From an uncultured Lentisphaeria bacterium (GTDB lineage Bacteria > Verrucomicrobiota > Lentisphaeria > JABSQK01 > JAJFLO01): a stretch of 64,000 bases of DNA. Numbering within the stretch: the stretch's first letter is position 1; the number at the start of each line of letters is the position of its first letter. The notes under the pieces were generated by a model, which saw only the letters and a list, made by a program, of their open reading frames with translations, ran no database searches and was not told where the DNA came from. Below, one piece after another: positions 40,304 through 51,035 of this stretch. The stretch covers positions 192,082 through 256,081 of the forward strand of contig OX638337.1 of NCBI GenBank assembly GCA_951812855.1. Direction: 5' to 3'. A program made the translations under genes and the position numbers.

Positions 40304-41665
40304 ATGGAGTGTGCTTCTGCCTGGATAGAAGTTGAAAAAATACTCTTAGATAAATTTGATGCTGACACATATGAGCGATATCTCGAGGGAGTTGTTCCCC
40401 TGTCTTTTGACAGCAAAAAAGGATTGCTTTGTTTAGGTGTTTCAAATGATCTTATGGCGATGTGGCTGGATTCGAATTATAAAGATATTATCTCAGATGC
40501 ACTCTATGACGTGATTCAGCAGAGAGTCAATATTCAATTTGAAGGTGGTCATATAAAAGAGGTGACTGAAATTCGGAAAAACTGCATTGAAGTAAAATTG
40601 CAGCCGAAGAATGAAAAGATGAAAAATAATAATTCAGGCCAAGGCCTTCCATGCCGTCCAGACTTCACCTTTGATTCATTTATTATTGGAAATAATAATC
40701 GAATTTCTCATGCTGCAGCACTGGCTGTCAGTAAAAATCCGGGAAAGGCCTATAATCCACTATTTATTTATGGCGGTGTCGGATTAGGAAAGACGCATCT
40801 GCTGCAGGCTATTGCAAATGAAGTATCAAGTCGTAAAAAGCGGGCAAAAATCAAATATCTGACCAGTGAAGAATTTGTAAATCTATACGTTGAGGGGATG
40901 CAGAAGAAAACACTCCTTGATTTCCGCCGGCGGCTTCGCAGTCAGGATATTCTTATTATAGATGATGTTCAATTTTTCAAAGGAAAAGTAGGATCATCAG
41001 AAGAATTTTTCCATACGTTTAACAGTCTGCATAACGCCCATAAACAAATTGTCCTTGCTTCAGATCGCAATCCGCAAGAAATTAGCGGATTAGAACAACG
41101 ACTTGTTTCACGATTTGAATGGGGACTTTCAGCAGAAGTTCTGCCTCCTGAAATTGAAACCCGGGTTGCCATTTTGAAAAAGAAGCAGGAAACCCAAACA
41201 ATAAAAATATCAGATGAAATTCTATTTTTTATTGCAAATCGAATTCAGTCAAATATACGAAACCTTGAAAGTGCTTTAACAAAACTTGTTATGAATATTT
41301 CTGCTTTTGGCGGCGAAATGACCAAATCCAGAGCTGAAGAATTGTTACGCGATAAATTTGAGAGCGAATCATCAAAATTAGTTTCAATTGAATTAATTCA
41401 ACGCCGAGTCGCAGAGTATTATGACATCCGTGTTGCAGATATGACGAGCAAGAAGCGACCTAAAAATATTGCTGAACCCAGAATGATTGCAATGTTTTTA
41501 TCGAGAAAACATACCAATAACTCTTTACCGGCGATTGGAGATGCATTCAATCGAAATCATGCAACTATTATCCATGCTGTCAGCAGTATTGAAAAACGAA
41601 TGTCAGATAATGAAACCTTTCGCCATACAGTGGGTCAGCTGTCCCGCCAATTACAGTCTTCATAA
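40304..41665 (+). CDS. dnaA: Chromosomal replication initiator protein DnaA
   Basis: Walker A GGVGLGKTHLLQAIAN, AAA+ core, C-terminal DNA-binding domain. The track start (40259) precedes an ATG at 40304 (MECASAWIEVEK...), which aligns better with DnaA domain I. Confidence 0.9.
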   Translation: MECASAWIEVEKILLDKFDADTYERYLEGVVPLSFDSKKGLLCLGVSNDLMAMWLDSNYKDIISDALYDVIQQRVNIQFEGGHIKEVTEIRKNCIEVKLQPKNEKMKNNNSGQGLPCRPDFTFDSFIIGNNNRISHAAALAVSKNPGKAYNPLFIYGGVGLGKTHLLQAIANEVSSRKKRAKIKYLTSEEFVNLYVEGMQKKTLLDFRRRLRSQDILIIDDVQFFKGKVGSSEEFFHTFNSLHNAHKQIVLASDRNPQEISGLEQRLVSRFEWGLSAEVLPPEIETRVAILKKKQETQTIKISDEILFFIANRIQSNIRNLESALTKLVMNISAFGGEMTKSRAEELLRDKFESESSKLVSIELIQRRVAEYYDIRVADMTSKKRPKNIAEPRMIAMFLSRKHTNNSLPAIGDAFNRNHATIIHAVSSIEKRMSDNETFRHTVGQLSRQLQSS

Positions 41666-41668
41666 ATT

Positions 41669-42946
41669 ATGATTCGTAATGCCAGCCTCTTTTTGGCAAT
41701 GCGTTATTTAAAGCCGAAACAATCGTTTTTATCGATTATAACATTCCTGTCTATACTTGGCCCTATTCTTGGTGTCGCAGTATTGATTGTTGTTATTTCT
41801 GTTATGGCTGGTTTTAATCGGGATATTCGAGAAAAAATACTTGGTATGCAAGCTCATATCCAGCTTAAGCATGCCTTGGAAATCCCTATTGAAAATTATG
41901 AAAACATTTTAGATAAACTCAACAGTATGAGTATTACCTGTACACCTGTCGTAGAAGGTCCTGTACTCATCCAGACTCGAAAACAAATTTTAGCAAAGTT
42001 CATTAAAGGAATTTTACCTCATACCGAAGAGAATGTCAGTGACCTGTATAAAAGTGTGTCTGAAGGGAAGTATGAAATTTCAGAAGATGAGGTTCTGATT
42101 GGAAAGGATCTGGCTCTTCAGTGTAATTTAAGGATTGGTGACAAAATTCTCATTCATTCTCCTGATAAACTGAACAAAATGATAGAAATCAATGACGATG
42201 GAGCAATCCAGCAGAAAGAAACTCAAGAAATTTATACCCCTGAAGAATTAACTATTGCCGGTTTTTTTTCGATGGGAATGTACCAATATGATTCATCTAT
42301 ATTGATTCTTCATATTGAGAAAGCCGGTGAATTATTTGGTTTGGACTGGAATTCTGCAACGAGTATTCACATACGAACCGATGAACCGTTCAACCTCCCA
42401 CCCATTATAGATCGAATCGAGAAAGAAATGATGTTCAGTCATTTAATTCCAATAACCTGGCAACAGTCGAATCAACGACTGTTTGGTGCATTGCGTGTAG
42501 AAAAAAATCTAATGTTTTTCTTATTGATTTTTATCATGATTGTTGCAGCATTCGGCATCACAGCAACACTGATTACAATTGTTATCCAGAAAACACGGGA
42601 AATCGGCGTCTTAAAAGCGATTGGAGCCTCTCCAATTGATGTCTTGATGATTTTTATTATTCAGGGTGGCGTTGTGGGTTTCACAGGGACAACACTTGGT
42701 ACAGCATTAGGCCTTGTCATTATAGAAAACCGTAATTTTATTGCGGGAATATTAGCAAAAATAACGGGTACAGAAATATTTCCAAAAGATTTATATCACT
42801 TAAGTCAGATTCCCGCATTAGTTCAACCGTCAGATTTACTTGCCATTGTAATAAGCAGTTTCTTTATTTGTATTACAGGTGCACTGATTCCCGCACTTTA
42901 TGCAGCTAAATTAACCCCGGTAAATGCACTGAAAAATGAAATGTAA
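41669..42946 (+). CDS. Lipoprotein-releasing system permease LolC/LolE family (FtsX-like)
   Basis: N-terminal TM segment, large periplasmic domain, C-terminal FtsX 3-TM bundle. Followed by an ABC ATPase. Confidence 0.8.
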   Translation: MIRNASLFLAMRYLKPKQSFLSIITFLSILGPILGVAVLIVVISVMAGFNRDIREKILGMQAHIQLKHALEIPIENYENILDKLNSMSITCTPVVEGPVLIQTRKQILAKFIKGILPHTEENVSDLYKSVSEGKYEISEDEVLIGKDLALQCNLRIGDKILIHSPDKLNKMIEINDDGAIQQKETQEIYTPEELTIAGFFSMGMYQYDSSILILHIEKAGELFGLDWNSATSIHIRTDEPFNLPPIIDRIEKEMMFSHLIPITWQQSNQRLFGALRVEKNLMFFLLIFIMIVAAFGITATLITIVIQKTREIGVLKAIGASPIDVLMIFIIQGGVVGFTGTTLGTALGLVIIENRNFIAGILAKITGTEIFPKDLYHLSQIPALVQPSDLLAIVISSFFICITGALIPALYAAKLTPVNALKNEM

Positions 42947-42948
42947 TC

Positions 42949-43629
42949 ATGGATCAGCCCGCCTATAAAGTTTCATCATTATCCAAGACATATTCTATCT
43001 CTGAAAAACAGATTTCAGTCTTGCAGGAAATTGATTTTCAGGTGCCGGTTAATCAGTGGATAGCGATTACCGGCCAATCCGGTTGTGGTAAAACGACTCT
43101 GCTGAGGATTCTGGGAGCACTCGATAAATCAGACACTGGTACCATAGAATGCTTTGGTGAAGATGTAACCCAAATGACGATAAATCAAAAAGCCGGGTTA
43201 AGACGAAATAAAATAGGATTCATATTCCAATCCTATCAGTTATTACCTGAACTCAATGCATTGGAAAATATTATGCTGCCGGGAAGACTGGCAAAAAAAG
43301 AATTGAAAATAATAAAAAACCGAGCACTGGATTTAATGAAAATTCTGGAAATAGAGAACCGGGTCCACCACAGACCGACAGAACTTTCCGGCGGAGAACA
43401 GCAGCGGATTGCGATCGCCAGAGCACTAATGAATCAGCCGGACATTATATTAGCTGATGAGCCCACTGGTAATCTGGACAATAAAAACAGTATTGCGATA
43501 ATGAACATTCTGGAAGATTTGAAGGTACACGAACAAAAAACCATTGTAATGGTTACACACAATATCAACTTAACTGATTATGCTGATAAATCCTATCATA
43601 TCGAAGCGGGCTCACTCGTTGAGCATTGA
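42949..43629 (+). CDS. lolD: ABC transporter ATP-binding protein LolD-like
   Basis: Walker A GQSGCGKTT, signature LSGGEQQRIAIARAL, Walker B ILADEPTGNLD. Confidence 0.8.
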   Translation: MDQPAYKVSSLSKTYSISEKQISVLQEIDFQVPVNQWIAITGQSGCGKTTLLRILGALDKSDTGTIECFGEDVTQMTINQKAGLRRNKIGFIFQSYQLLPELNALENIMLPGRLAKKELKIIKNRALDLMKILEIENRVHHRPTELSGGEQQRIAIARALMNQPDIILADEPTGNLDNKNSIAIMNILEDLKVHEQKTIVMVTHNINLTDYADKSYHIEAGSLVEH

Positions 43630-43848
43630 TTTTATACACTCTTTCAATTGATATACTTTTATTCGATCATCTTTCCTTTTCACGAGCATTTTACTAATCA
43701 AACCTGAGGCGTCTTCAGTATAAACATTGTTTACCTCATGCAGAGGTGCAGGTGTAATATTGAAATGGTTATTCAATGTCTCGATAACCGTATTACCCTT
43801 AAATGGTTTGAACAACTCAGGTTTTTTCAGTTTCCATCATACTAAAGC

Positions 43849-44340
43849 CTACCTTATCATCCTGATTTTTTCAATTAAGGCCGTAGTAGAACAGCCCTGG
43901 ACGAAATCGATAAATTTAAGTCTTGCCCCACCGGTATCTAAAACCTGACGTTCTTCCTGGTCGAGCGTATCCTTATTATAATCCCCTCCCTTCACATAGA
44001 TGTCAGGCATTAATTTTTCGAGCAGGTTTGTTGCTTTCGGTTCAGAAAATATCACAATACAATCAACGGCTTCCAATGATGCCAGATGAAATGCTCTGTC
44101 GTTTTCAGAAATGACAGGTCTGTTATTACCCTTAATATTCCTTATCGATGCATCACTGTTTAACCCCACCAGCAAGACATCGCCCTCCGCACGAGCAGCT
44201 TGTAAATATTCGACATGCCCGCGATGGATTAAATCAAAACAACCATTTGTTACAACCAATTGTTCCTGGTCTAAGCGAATATTCTCCCGCCATCGGCAGG
44301 CTTGAGATAAATCCATAATTTTTTCGGTTGGATTACGCAT
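43849..44340 (-). CDS. D-beta-D-heptose 1-phosphate adenylyltransferase-like cytidylyltransferase (RfaE domain II)
   Basis: VVTNGCFDLIHRGHVEYLQAAR (HxGH nucleotidyltransferase motif). 163 aa. Confidence 0.75.
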   Translation of the reverse strand: MRNPTEKIMDLSQACRWRENIRLDQEQLVVTNGCFDLIHRGHVEYLQAARAEGDVLLVGLNSDASIRNIKGNNRPVISENDRAFHLASLEAVDCIVIFSEPKATNLLEKLMPDIYVKGGDYNKDTLDQEERQVLDTGGARLKFIDFVQGCSTTALIEKIRMIR

Positions 44341-44368
44341 AGTAGAAAATATTACAACGTTTCAGGTA

Positions 44369-47293
44369 TCAGTTAAATAAATCCGAAATAGTTGAAAATA
44401 ATGACTGACATTCGTTAAGTTTTTCTTTACTGCCGATAACACAAACAGGGGCAGATTCGGAAAATTCCTGGAATAGTTTAATGTAATTTTTTATATCTAA
44501 TTTACTACTGGCCAATATTTCATTACGACGTGTTTGAATCTCATCATGCGAAATCTTATTGAGATATCTACTGAATGCCGCCGCTCCTTTGTGTTCAGCT
44601 GTTTTCGGTGAATCTAAACTGCCAATGGTACCAACAATTAATTTTTCAAACGTATCATTATCTAATTTAAGAGACGCTAAGTAGTTACCGATTTCGCTAA
44701 ATGTATTCAGCGTTTCTTTCAGATTTGGATCTCTGTACGATACACAATAAAAGTTGCCTGACAACACATCCAGACTTGCAAAACATCCATAGGCACCGCC
44801 CTGAACCCTGATCTTGTTCCATAAATAATCCTTTGATAATAAAGTAGTTATAACATCAAAGCTTCCATTATGTGTTATCCCGCCACTATAAAAATTCATA
44901 CCCTTGCCGACATATTGGATCCTGCTGGGAATAATAAATCCTTCATTTTTATTTAAAGGTTTTGCATGACAGGTTTCTTTGGGATAATCATCTGCGGATA
45001 ATGATGAAATAAATGAAGAAACCTCACCGTTAAACAGCGTAAGCTCTCTGTTACTTCCGGTTAAATGAATATGGAGATTATTTTGGTTGAAAATCAGTCG
45101 TTTTATGGTATTAAAATCACTCAAAACCTTATCTGGATCTGATTCCAGTTGTTTAACTAACGATTCTAAAAAGATATATTGGCTTATACCACTTGACAGT
45201 TCCTGGTAATACCCGAGTGTGGATGAATAGCTGTTAAGACGTTTTGCTGCAAAAGAATGGCCGTTGGGAATGAGTTGTGATTTTAAACTGGATAACGCTA
45301 TTTTCGTAAGTTCTCTGATACGATTTAAATCGGTCAGGTTACACCCTTTCAAGATTTCTGAAAGAATTGTAAAGAAACGGGTAATTTTACCTGACAGGCA
45401 TTTTCCTGAATAGGATATACGGGAGTTTATCTGCTCTGTATTTTTATTAATACACGAAATAGTGTGTGATGAATAGATACCTCCAGTATCAATATCTATT
45501 TCCTGAATAATCTTCGTATAATCTTTTGATTCAGTACCCGTTTGCATAGTCAATTGACAGAATAAGGGTAAATACGGCAATAACGTTTGAGGGATTGCAG
45601 CCGTATCAAATGATACAATGATATATGCGATTGCATTCGTGTTTTGCAATGAAAAACTACGTTTGGGATAATCATCTTTTAACAACTGAAACGGATAGTG
45701 TTCAATCGTTTTCTCAATGTCAGATAACACCAGTTTGGGTATGGTCGCAATTGCTTCGGGACTATCCGGTTTAAGCTGGTTTTCATATAATTCCTGTTTT
45801 TTTTGAATCAACTTGTCTAATTCAAATGAAGAGAGACATGATTTTATTTTTTTTAACTTACCTGCCAAATTGCTTAATCGTTTATCTTCCATCGTTGCAT
45901 CCGGTGAAAGCGTCACAACAGCCTGATGTTGATTATTCAGCAAATATTCCTTTATCATCGATTCAAAATAATTTCCTGCCTGACTTTTTTTCCTGATAAT
46001 TTTCAGTGTTGACTCATATTTTAAATGCATTAAAGGGTCAGCCTCATACACCCATGAATTAACCATGGTAAGCCCATAACAAAGCCCTTTTGGATAACCT
46101 CCGAAATTTGCTTCACGCAATTGAAACTCAACACTATTAAGGGATGCTTGTACATCCAGGGGATCAATTCCAGATTCAACCAGTCTTTCCAAAGTCTGAT
46201 CAATCAGCGTACACATCTTTGGCACATCAGCATCAGATGTTCCCTTCAGTCCGATGCAGTAGTAATTATCAAACAATTCACTTTCATAACCATAGTGGAT
46301 CGTGCTTTCACCCAAATGAGACTCAATTAGCTCCTTGCGAAGTTTTGAGGCTGGTGTTCCGCTCAATATTCGTGATAAGATTGAGAATGCCAAATAAAAT
46401 TCAGGATCGGTTGGATGATCCAGCAGATAACTTTTTAGAGCATAGGTTCCATTAGACTTATTCTCCGAAGAAGTTACCGGATAGTTCGCATTCCATCTAA
46501 CTGGATTTATGAATCGTCTTTGTGCAGGAATTGACGTCTCAATATCTTGATAATCAAACGTTGACAAATAACTGTTGATATGGGCAAGCTGATCCAATAT
46601 TGTGATGTCACCATAGAGTAAAATTCGGCTATTTGCCGGATGATAATAAGTATCATGAAATTGTTGAAACTGAGAATAAGTAAGATCTGTGATAAATTCT
46701 GGATCACCTCCAGAAGATTTACCATAAATACTGTCCGGAAAAAGTGCCTTGTTCATTTCATCCACCAGGATGGTCTCCGGATCTGAGTATGACCCCAGCA
46801 TTTCGTTGTATACAACACCTGAATACGCTAATTCAGAATTGGCATTGTCGATATCATAATGCCATCCTTCCTGTAAATACGTATTTTCTGACAATATCGG
46901 ATTAAACACCGCATCCAGATAGACATCCATTAAATTACTGAAATCTTTATTATTCCGGCTTGCGACAGGATAGACTGTTCTGTCAGGATAGGTCATCGCG
47001 TTTAAAAACGTAAATAAACTCCCTTTGAGCAATTCTGAAAATGGTTCTTTTACCGGATACTTTTTTGAACCGTTAAGAACTGAATGTTCAATAATGTGGG
47101 CGACACCGGTATCATCTGAGGGAGGCGTTTTAAATGTGATCATAAAAACCTTATTATCATCATCATTAGGCAATACCAATAATTGAGCCCTGGTATTTAT
47201 ATGACGAAAAAAATGAACATCCGTACTGATTTCAGCAATAAATTCTTTTTTTTCTAATTTAAAACCATTATAACATTGTCCTGTTTCAAGCAT
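44369..47293 (-). CDS. M16 family insulinase-like metallopeptidase (PreP-like, about 970 aa)
   Basis: Inverted zinc motif HIIEHSVLNGSKKYP (HxxEH). Four-domain length of 974 aa. Confidence 0.8.
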   Translation of the reverse strand: MLETGQCYNGFKLEKKEFIAEISTDVHFFRHINTRAQLLVLPNDDDNKVFMITFKTPPSDDTGVAHIIEHSVLNGSKKYPVKEPFSELLKGSLFTFLNAMTYPDRTVYPVASRNNKDFSNLMDVYLDAVFNPILSENTYLQEGWHYDIDNANSELAYSGVVYNEMLGSYSDPETILVDEMNKALFPDSIYGKSSGGDPEFITDLTYSQFQQFHDTYYHPANSRILLYGDITILDQLAHINSYLSTFDYQDIETSIPAQRRFINPVRWNANYPVTSSENKSNGTYALKSYLLDHPTDPEFYLAFSILSRILSGTPASKLRKELIESHLGESTIHYGYESELFDNYYCIGLKGTSDADVPKMCTLIDQTLERLVESGIDPLDVQASLNSVEFQLREANFGGYPKGLCYGLTMVNSWVYEADPLMHLKYESTLKIIRKKSQAGNYFESMIKEYLLNNQHQAVVTLSPDATMEDKRLSNLAGKLKKIKSCLSSFELDKLIQKKQELYENQLKPDSPEAIATIPKLVLSDIEKTIEHYPFQLLKDDYPKRSFSLQNTNAIAYIIVSFDTAAIPQTLLPYLPLFCQLTMQTGTESKDYTKIIQEIDIDTGGIYSSHTISCINKNTEQINSRISYSGKCLSGKITRFFTILSEILKGCNLTDLNRIRELTKIALSSLKSQLIPNGHSFAAKRLNSYSSTLGYYQELSSGISQYIFLESLVKQLESDPDKVLSDFNTIKRLIFNQNNLHIHLTGSNRELTLFNGEVSSFISSLSADDYPKETCHAKPLNKNEGFIIPSRIQYVGKGMNFYSGGITHNGSFDVITTLLSKDYLWNKIRVQGGAYGCFASLDVLSGNFYCVSYRDPNLKETLNTFSEIGNYLASLKLDNDTFEKLIVGTIGSLDSPKTAEHKGAAAFSRYLNKISHDEIQTRRNEILASSKLDIKNYIKLFQEFSESAPVCVIGSKEKLNECQSLFSTISDLFN

Positions 47294-47431
47294 AACCTAC
47301 TTGTCCTTAATGAGTTTCACGATCTATCGACCGATATTGAATTTATAATGATCGGATTTAACGTACTGTCGAGATTCAAAATAAAAATCTGAATATTGCA
47401 TTCTAAATTCTATTTCGATATTTTTATTTCA

Positions 47432-47524
47432 GGAGGGGTGCCGGAGCGGTTGAACGGGGTGCACTCGAAATGCACTGTGCAGGTATTCCCTGCACCCAGG
47501 GTTCGAATCCCTGCTCCTCCGCCA
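47432..47524 (+). tRNA. tRNA-Ser (anticodon CGA), long variable arm, CCA encoded
   Basis: GGAGGGGTGCCGGAGCGGTTGAACGGGGTGCACTCGAAATGCACTGTGCAGGTATTCCCTGCACCCAGGGTTCGAATCCCTGCTCCTCCGCCA. The track ORF 47424..47627(-) over it is spurious. Confidence 0.9.
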
Positions 47525-47860
47525 GACTAAAAACAGGCTGTTTAACACCACTTGAAACAACTATGACAACAATCACAGTTATCTGATTTACTACCACAAC
47601 ACAACCACAATTACGTACTGAAAGCATTTGAGGACATCAGTCTGGAAATGTCTTACCCACTTCGGGATACCGGTCGGGCATATGACACATTAGTCCAAAT
47701 AGGCAAAGCTGAAATTTATTACAAAGCAGCCCTCAAAATAGAACAACACAATCGTGATCAATTCGATCAGAATATTTCAATAGAAACAAAGACTCTATTG
47801 GCATCGGCTTGGAGAAAACAGGGCTTAAAATCGCATTAGTGACTTTGGCAGTGACCATTA

Positions 47861-48172
47861 TCAAACTAAGTTTCTCATAAAGAAATCAGATGAATTATCT
47901 GAGTCAGTACAAAAGTAAAACCGATAGACACTTCTGAGCTGAATATTTCCTATTCCTTCACCGCTGAAACGGGTAATCAGAAAACGCGGGCGGACTCCTT
48001 TATGACGATATTCTGCCTTGATAATCAAACGTCGTTTCCAACTTCCGGCACCATAGATGGTATCTCTAAAACCGGTTTGGTTTTGACCTGTGTGGCGATA
48101 CGCTGCACATTCAGGATAAGAGTAATCATAATGTTTACCACAGAGAATTCCCTTCCTGTTTCCTGAAAAAGT
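47861..48172 (-). pseudogene. Start-less open reading frame (103 codons) of unknown family downstream of tRNA-Ser; possible gene remnant
   Basis: Minus-strand frame open from 48172 to the TGA at 47861 with no ATG/GTG near the 5' end: TFSGNRKGILCGKHYDYSYPECAAYRHTGQNQTGFRDTIYGAGSWKRRLIIKAEYRHKGVRPRFLITRFSGEGIGN... No family recognised. Confidence 0.25.
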
Positions 48173-48222
48173 TTAGTTGTTGCAATGCCTGTTTAGCACA
48201 TTATATCATTTCAGAAATCTTC

Positions 48223-49125
48223 TTATTTTTTATTTTGGGAACAGGATAAAATAAAACTCTCTATTTTCTGATAGGATTCCGATCCCTTAAAAACAATAAG
48301 ATCATTGTGGGCAGCATGTTCAACCTCGACAAATTCTTTTGGCTCTTCAGCTGATTCATACAATAAACGACCCTGTTCGAATGGTACTGTTTCGTCCGCA
48401 GTTCCGTGAATAAATAATTTTGGGCATTTTATGCGTGGAATTTTACTTAGTGAATCCATTTGGGTACGAATTAAAAAATGTGGAATAAACGGCATTTGCA
48501 GAGATGCCATATCTCTGATCGATGTAAAACTTGATTGAATGATCAAGCCTGCTGAATTTTGTGTTGCTGCCAGATCAACAGCACCAACACCGCCCAATGA
48601 AACGCCGTAAATTATAATTGAGTCGGGTTTATAATGATATCGGTCTTGAAGTAAATTCCATGCTGCTGACACATCCATATACATGCCATTTTCATCTGGT
48701 CGTCCCTCACTCATTCCGTACCCGCGATAGTCAAAAATAAAAATATTAACTGACATCTCCATCATCGATATCAACTGTTCGTAACGGTCCGTTATATTAC
48801 CTGCATTACCGTGACACCACAAAACAATCATATTTGATAAATCGTAATTCGATGCATTTTCTCCTGGAGGAGATACCGATCCATACCAGCCATGCAATTT
48901 TACACCGTCTGAGGCAGTAAACCATTCCTCTGAAATTGAATATTTCAGCCCTGAATTTCCCGAAACCGGCTGGTCGAGTAAATGCCAACGGCCATTGGGC
49001 CATTTTGCGGGAAAGAAAATTAGTTTTTCCTCAAATATCATAATAATGACTATAAGTCCTACATAAGACAATAAAATGATTCGCAGTATTCTCCAGACAT
49101 ACGTTATGGAGACAGGTGATTTCAT
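48223..49125 (-). CDS. Alpha/beta-fold hydrolase (BEM46/ABHD13-like), membrane-anchored
   Basis: N-terminal TM helix, nucleophile elbow GVSLGG, catalytic Asp/His region. Confidence 0.8.
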   Translation of the reverse strand: MKSPVSITYVWRILRIILLSYVGLIVIIMIFEEKLIFFPAKWPNGRWHLLDQPVSGNSGLKYSISEEWFTASDGVKLHGWYGSVSPPGENASNYDLSNMIVLWCHGNAGNITDRYEQLISMMEMSVNIFIFDYRGYGMSEGRPDENGMYMDVSAAWNLLQDRYHYKPDSIIIYGVSLGGVGAVDLAATQNSAGLIIQSSFTSIRDMASLQMPFIPHFLIRTQMDSLSKIPRIKCPKLFIHGTADETVPFEQGRLLYESAEEPKEFVEVEHAAHNDLIVFKGSESYQKIESFILSCSQNKK

Positions 49126-49533
49126 ATCGAGCTTTCAACGGATCAAAACCAACTCTAATTCAGTCAGAAACAGTCATTTGGACAATCGTTACTGCTGGAG
49201 GCTTCAGAAAAACTCAAGAGTATTTTGGCTGTGAAATTATAATCTGTTCAGTCCCTGCCCTTCGATACGTGCTAATCATTGCAACACTATGTCAATCTAA
49301 AAGTTGAAGCCAATACTATAGAATGATTACCTATTCTATTCAACAGGGAGGTGTTATCAAGAGATTGATTTGATTTTTAAAGTTCATTTTTACCAAATCT
49401 AAATACCAGAGTCTATCCGGTTAAATCTGACAACACTCTGTGGAAATTTTTAATTATTATTGCTTTTAATGGCAGGGGCGAGAACTATTTTTAATTTTGA
49501 TTTTTAAAAATTCATTTTTGTAATTGTGTAATC

Positions 49534-50013
49534 GTGAAAAAAAATAAGCGTCTCTCAATCAATCTCAGTACCATCGGCGAAAACGGCCGATCGATCCAGG
49601 GCAGGCTGCCTTCTTCTATCTTTGAGATAAAAAGTCTTAACTATCTGGAATGTTCAAGACCCATTGATTATAATTTGGATATAAGTATAGTGACACATTC
49701 TGTTTTAATTAAAGGACGGGTAAAGACATTGATCAAACGACAATGTGACCGTTGTTTAACCATGTGTGACTGTACAATTGAAAATATTAGAGTGTGTCAT
49801 TACATACCCGTTACAGATGAAAAAATAATTGATTTTACCGATCAACTTCGTGAAGATATTTTAATAACGTTTCCTCAACGGTTCATTTGTGCCGAATCAT
49901 GCCTTGGTTTGTGCGAATATTGTGGTGAAGACTTAAATTCGGATGTCTGTAAATGTACCAGGAAAAATGAATCCGATAATATCTGGGATAAACTTAACGA
50001 GCTCAAATTATGA
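49534..50013 (+). CDS. yceD: YceD family protein (DUF177)
   Basis: CDRC...CxxC cysteine pairs. Position immediately upstream of plsX. Confidence 0.8.
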   Translation: MKKNKRLSINLSTIGENGRSIQGRLPSSIFEIKSLNYLECSRPIDYNLDISIVTHSVLIKGRVKTLIKRQCDRCLTMCDCTIENIRVCHYIPVTDEKIIDFTDQLREDILITFPQRFICAESCLGLCEYCGEDLNSDVCKCTRKNESDNIWDKLNELKL

Positions 50014-51035
50014 AAATAGCCATTGATGCTATGGGCGGCGATTTCGCTCCGGAACAGAATATCGTTGGCGTAAAATTAGCTTTAGATGAATTTCCCGATG
50101 TTTCCAGTTTTCAATTAGTAGGCGATCAGAAAATTATTGAAGAAGAGTTAAAAAAGCATGCATTGTCAACGAACAATTCACGCATTGAAATTATCCATGC
50201 ATCTCAAACTATTACCATGGAGGATTCCGCATCTGCTGCGATAAGAAAGAAAAAAGATTCATCTATGTCAGTTGCTGCTAAACTGATCAGCGATAAGAAA
50301 GCTAATGCCGTTGTAAGTGCAGGTCATACCGGTGCAGCAGTATCAGCCACAGTTGTCTTTAACAGAATGTTGCCGGGAATCGATCGACCAGGTATAGCAA
50401 GTGTCTTCCCGGCACCAAAAGGACCGTTTATAATGCTTGACATCGGAGCAAATGTGGACTGTAAGCCACTGCATTTGGCACAATATGCAATTCTTGGCGA
50501 GGCCTATTCTCGGATTATGTTAAATATTAAGAATCCCAGAGTCGGAATCTTAAGCAATGGCTCTGAAGCTGGAAAAGGAAATGAATTAACTCGAGAAAGT
50601 TCCAGAATACTGCAATCGCTTCCAATTCGTTTTCTGGGAAATGTCGAAGGTGCGGATTTATTCGGGAATAAGGTTGATGTTGTATTATGTGATGGTTTTC
50701 TAGGAAATGTAGTTTTAAAATGTTGTGAGAGTTTAGCAAAAGCAATCTCAGGAATCCTCAAAGAAAATTTAAAAAAATCACCCGTCAGAATGGCTGGTGC
50801 ACTATTATCTAAGAATGCATTTCTCGAACTAAAAGAATTGACAGATCACCAGGAGTATGGTGGTGCCCCACTTTTGGGAATTGATGGAATTTGCATTATC
50901 GCTCACGGATCCTCATCAGCAAAAGCAATAAAAAATGCAATTCGGGTTGCAACTGAAATGATAAAAAATAAATATAACGAAACTGTGATCGATAAAATAA
51001 GTAAAATAGATTGGAAGAAAGGGCTTGAATGTTAA
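50010..51035 (+). CDS. plsX: Phosphate acyltransferase PlsX
   Basis: Conserved PlsX core (AIDAMGGDFAP N-terminus). 341 aa. Confidence 0.9.
   Translation: MKIAIDAMGGDFAPEQNIVGVKLALDEFPDVSSFQLVGDQKIIEEELKKHALSTNNSRIEIIHASQTITMEDSASAAIRKKKDSSMSVAAKLISDKKANAVVSAGHTGAAVSATVVFNRMLPGIDRPGIASVFPAPKGPFIMLDIGANVDCKPLHLAQYAILGEAYSRIMLNIKNPRVGILSNGSEAGKGNELTRESSRILQSLPIRFLGNVEGADLFGNKVDVVLCDGFLGNVVLKCCESLAKAISGILKENLKKSPVRMAGALLSKNAFLELKELTDHQEYGGAPLLGIDGICIIAHGSSSAKAIKNAIRVATEMIKNKYNETVIDKISKIDWKKGLEC

Noticed and set aside
47424-47627. 67-aa minus-strand ORF
   Set aside because: It overlaps tRNA-Ser entirely; it is spurious.
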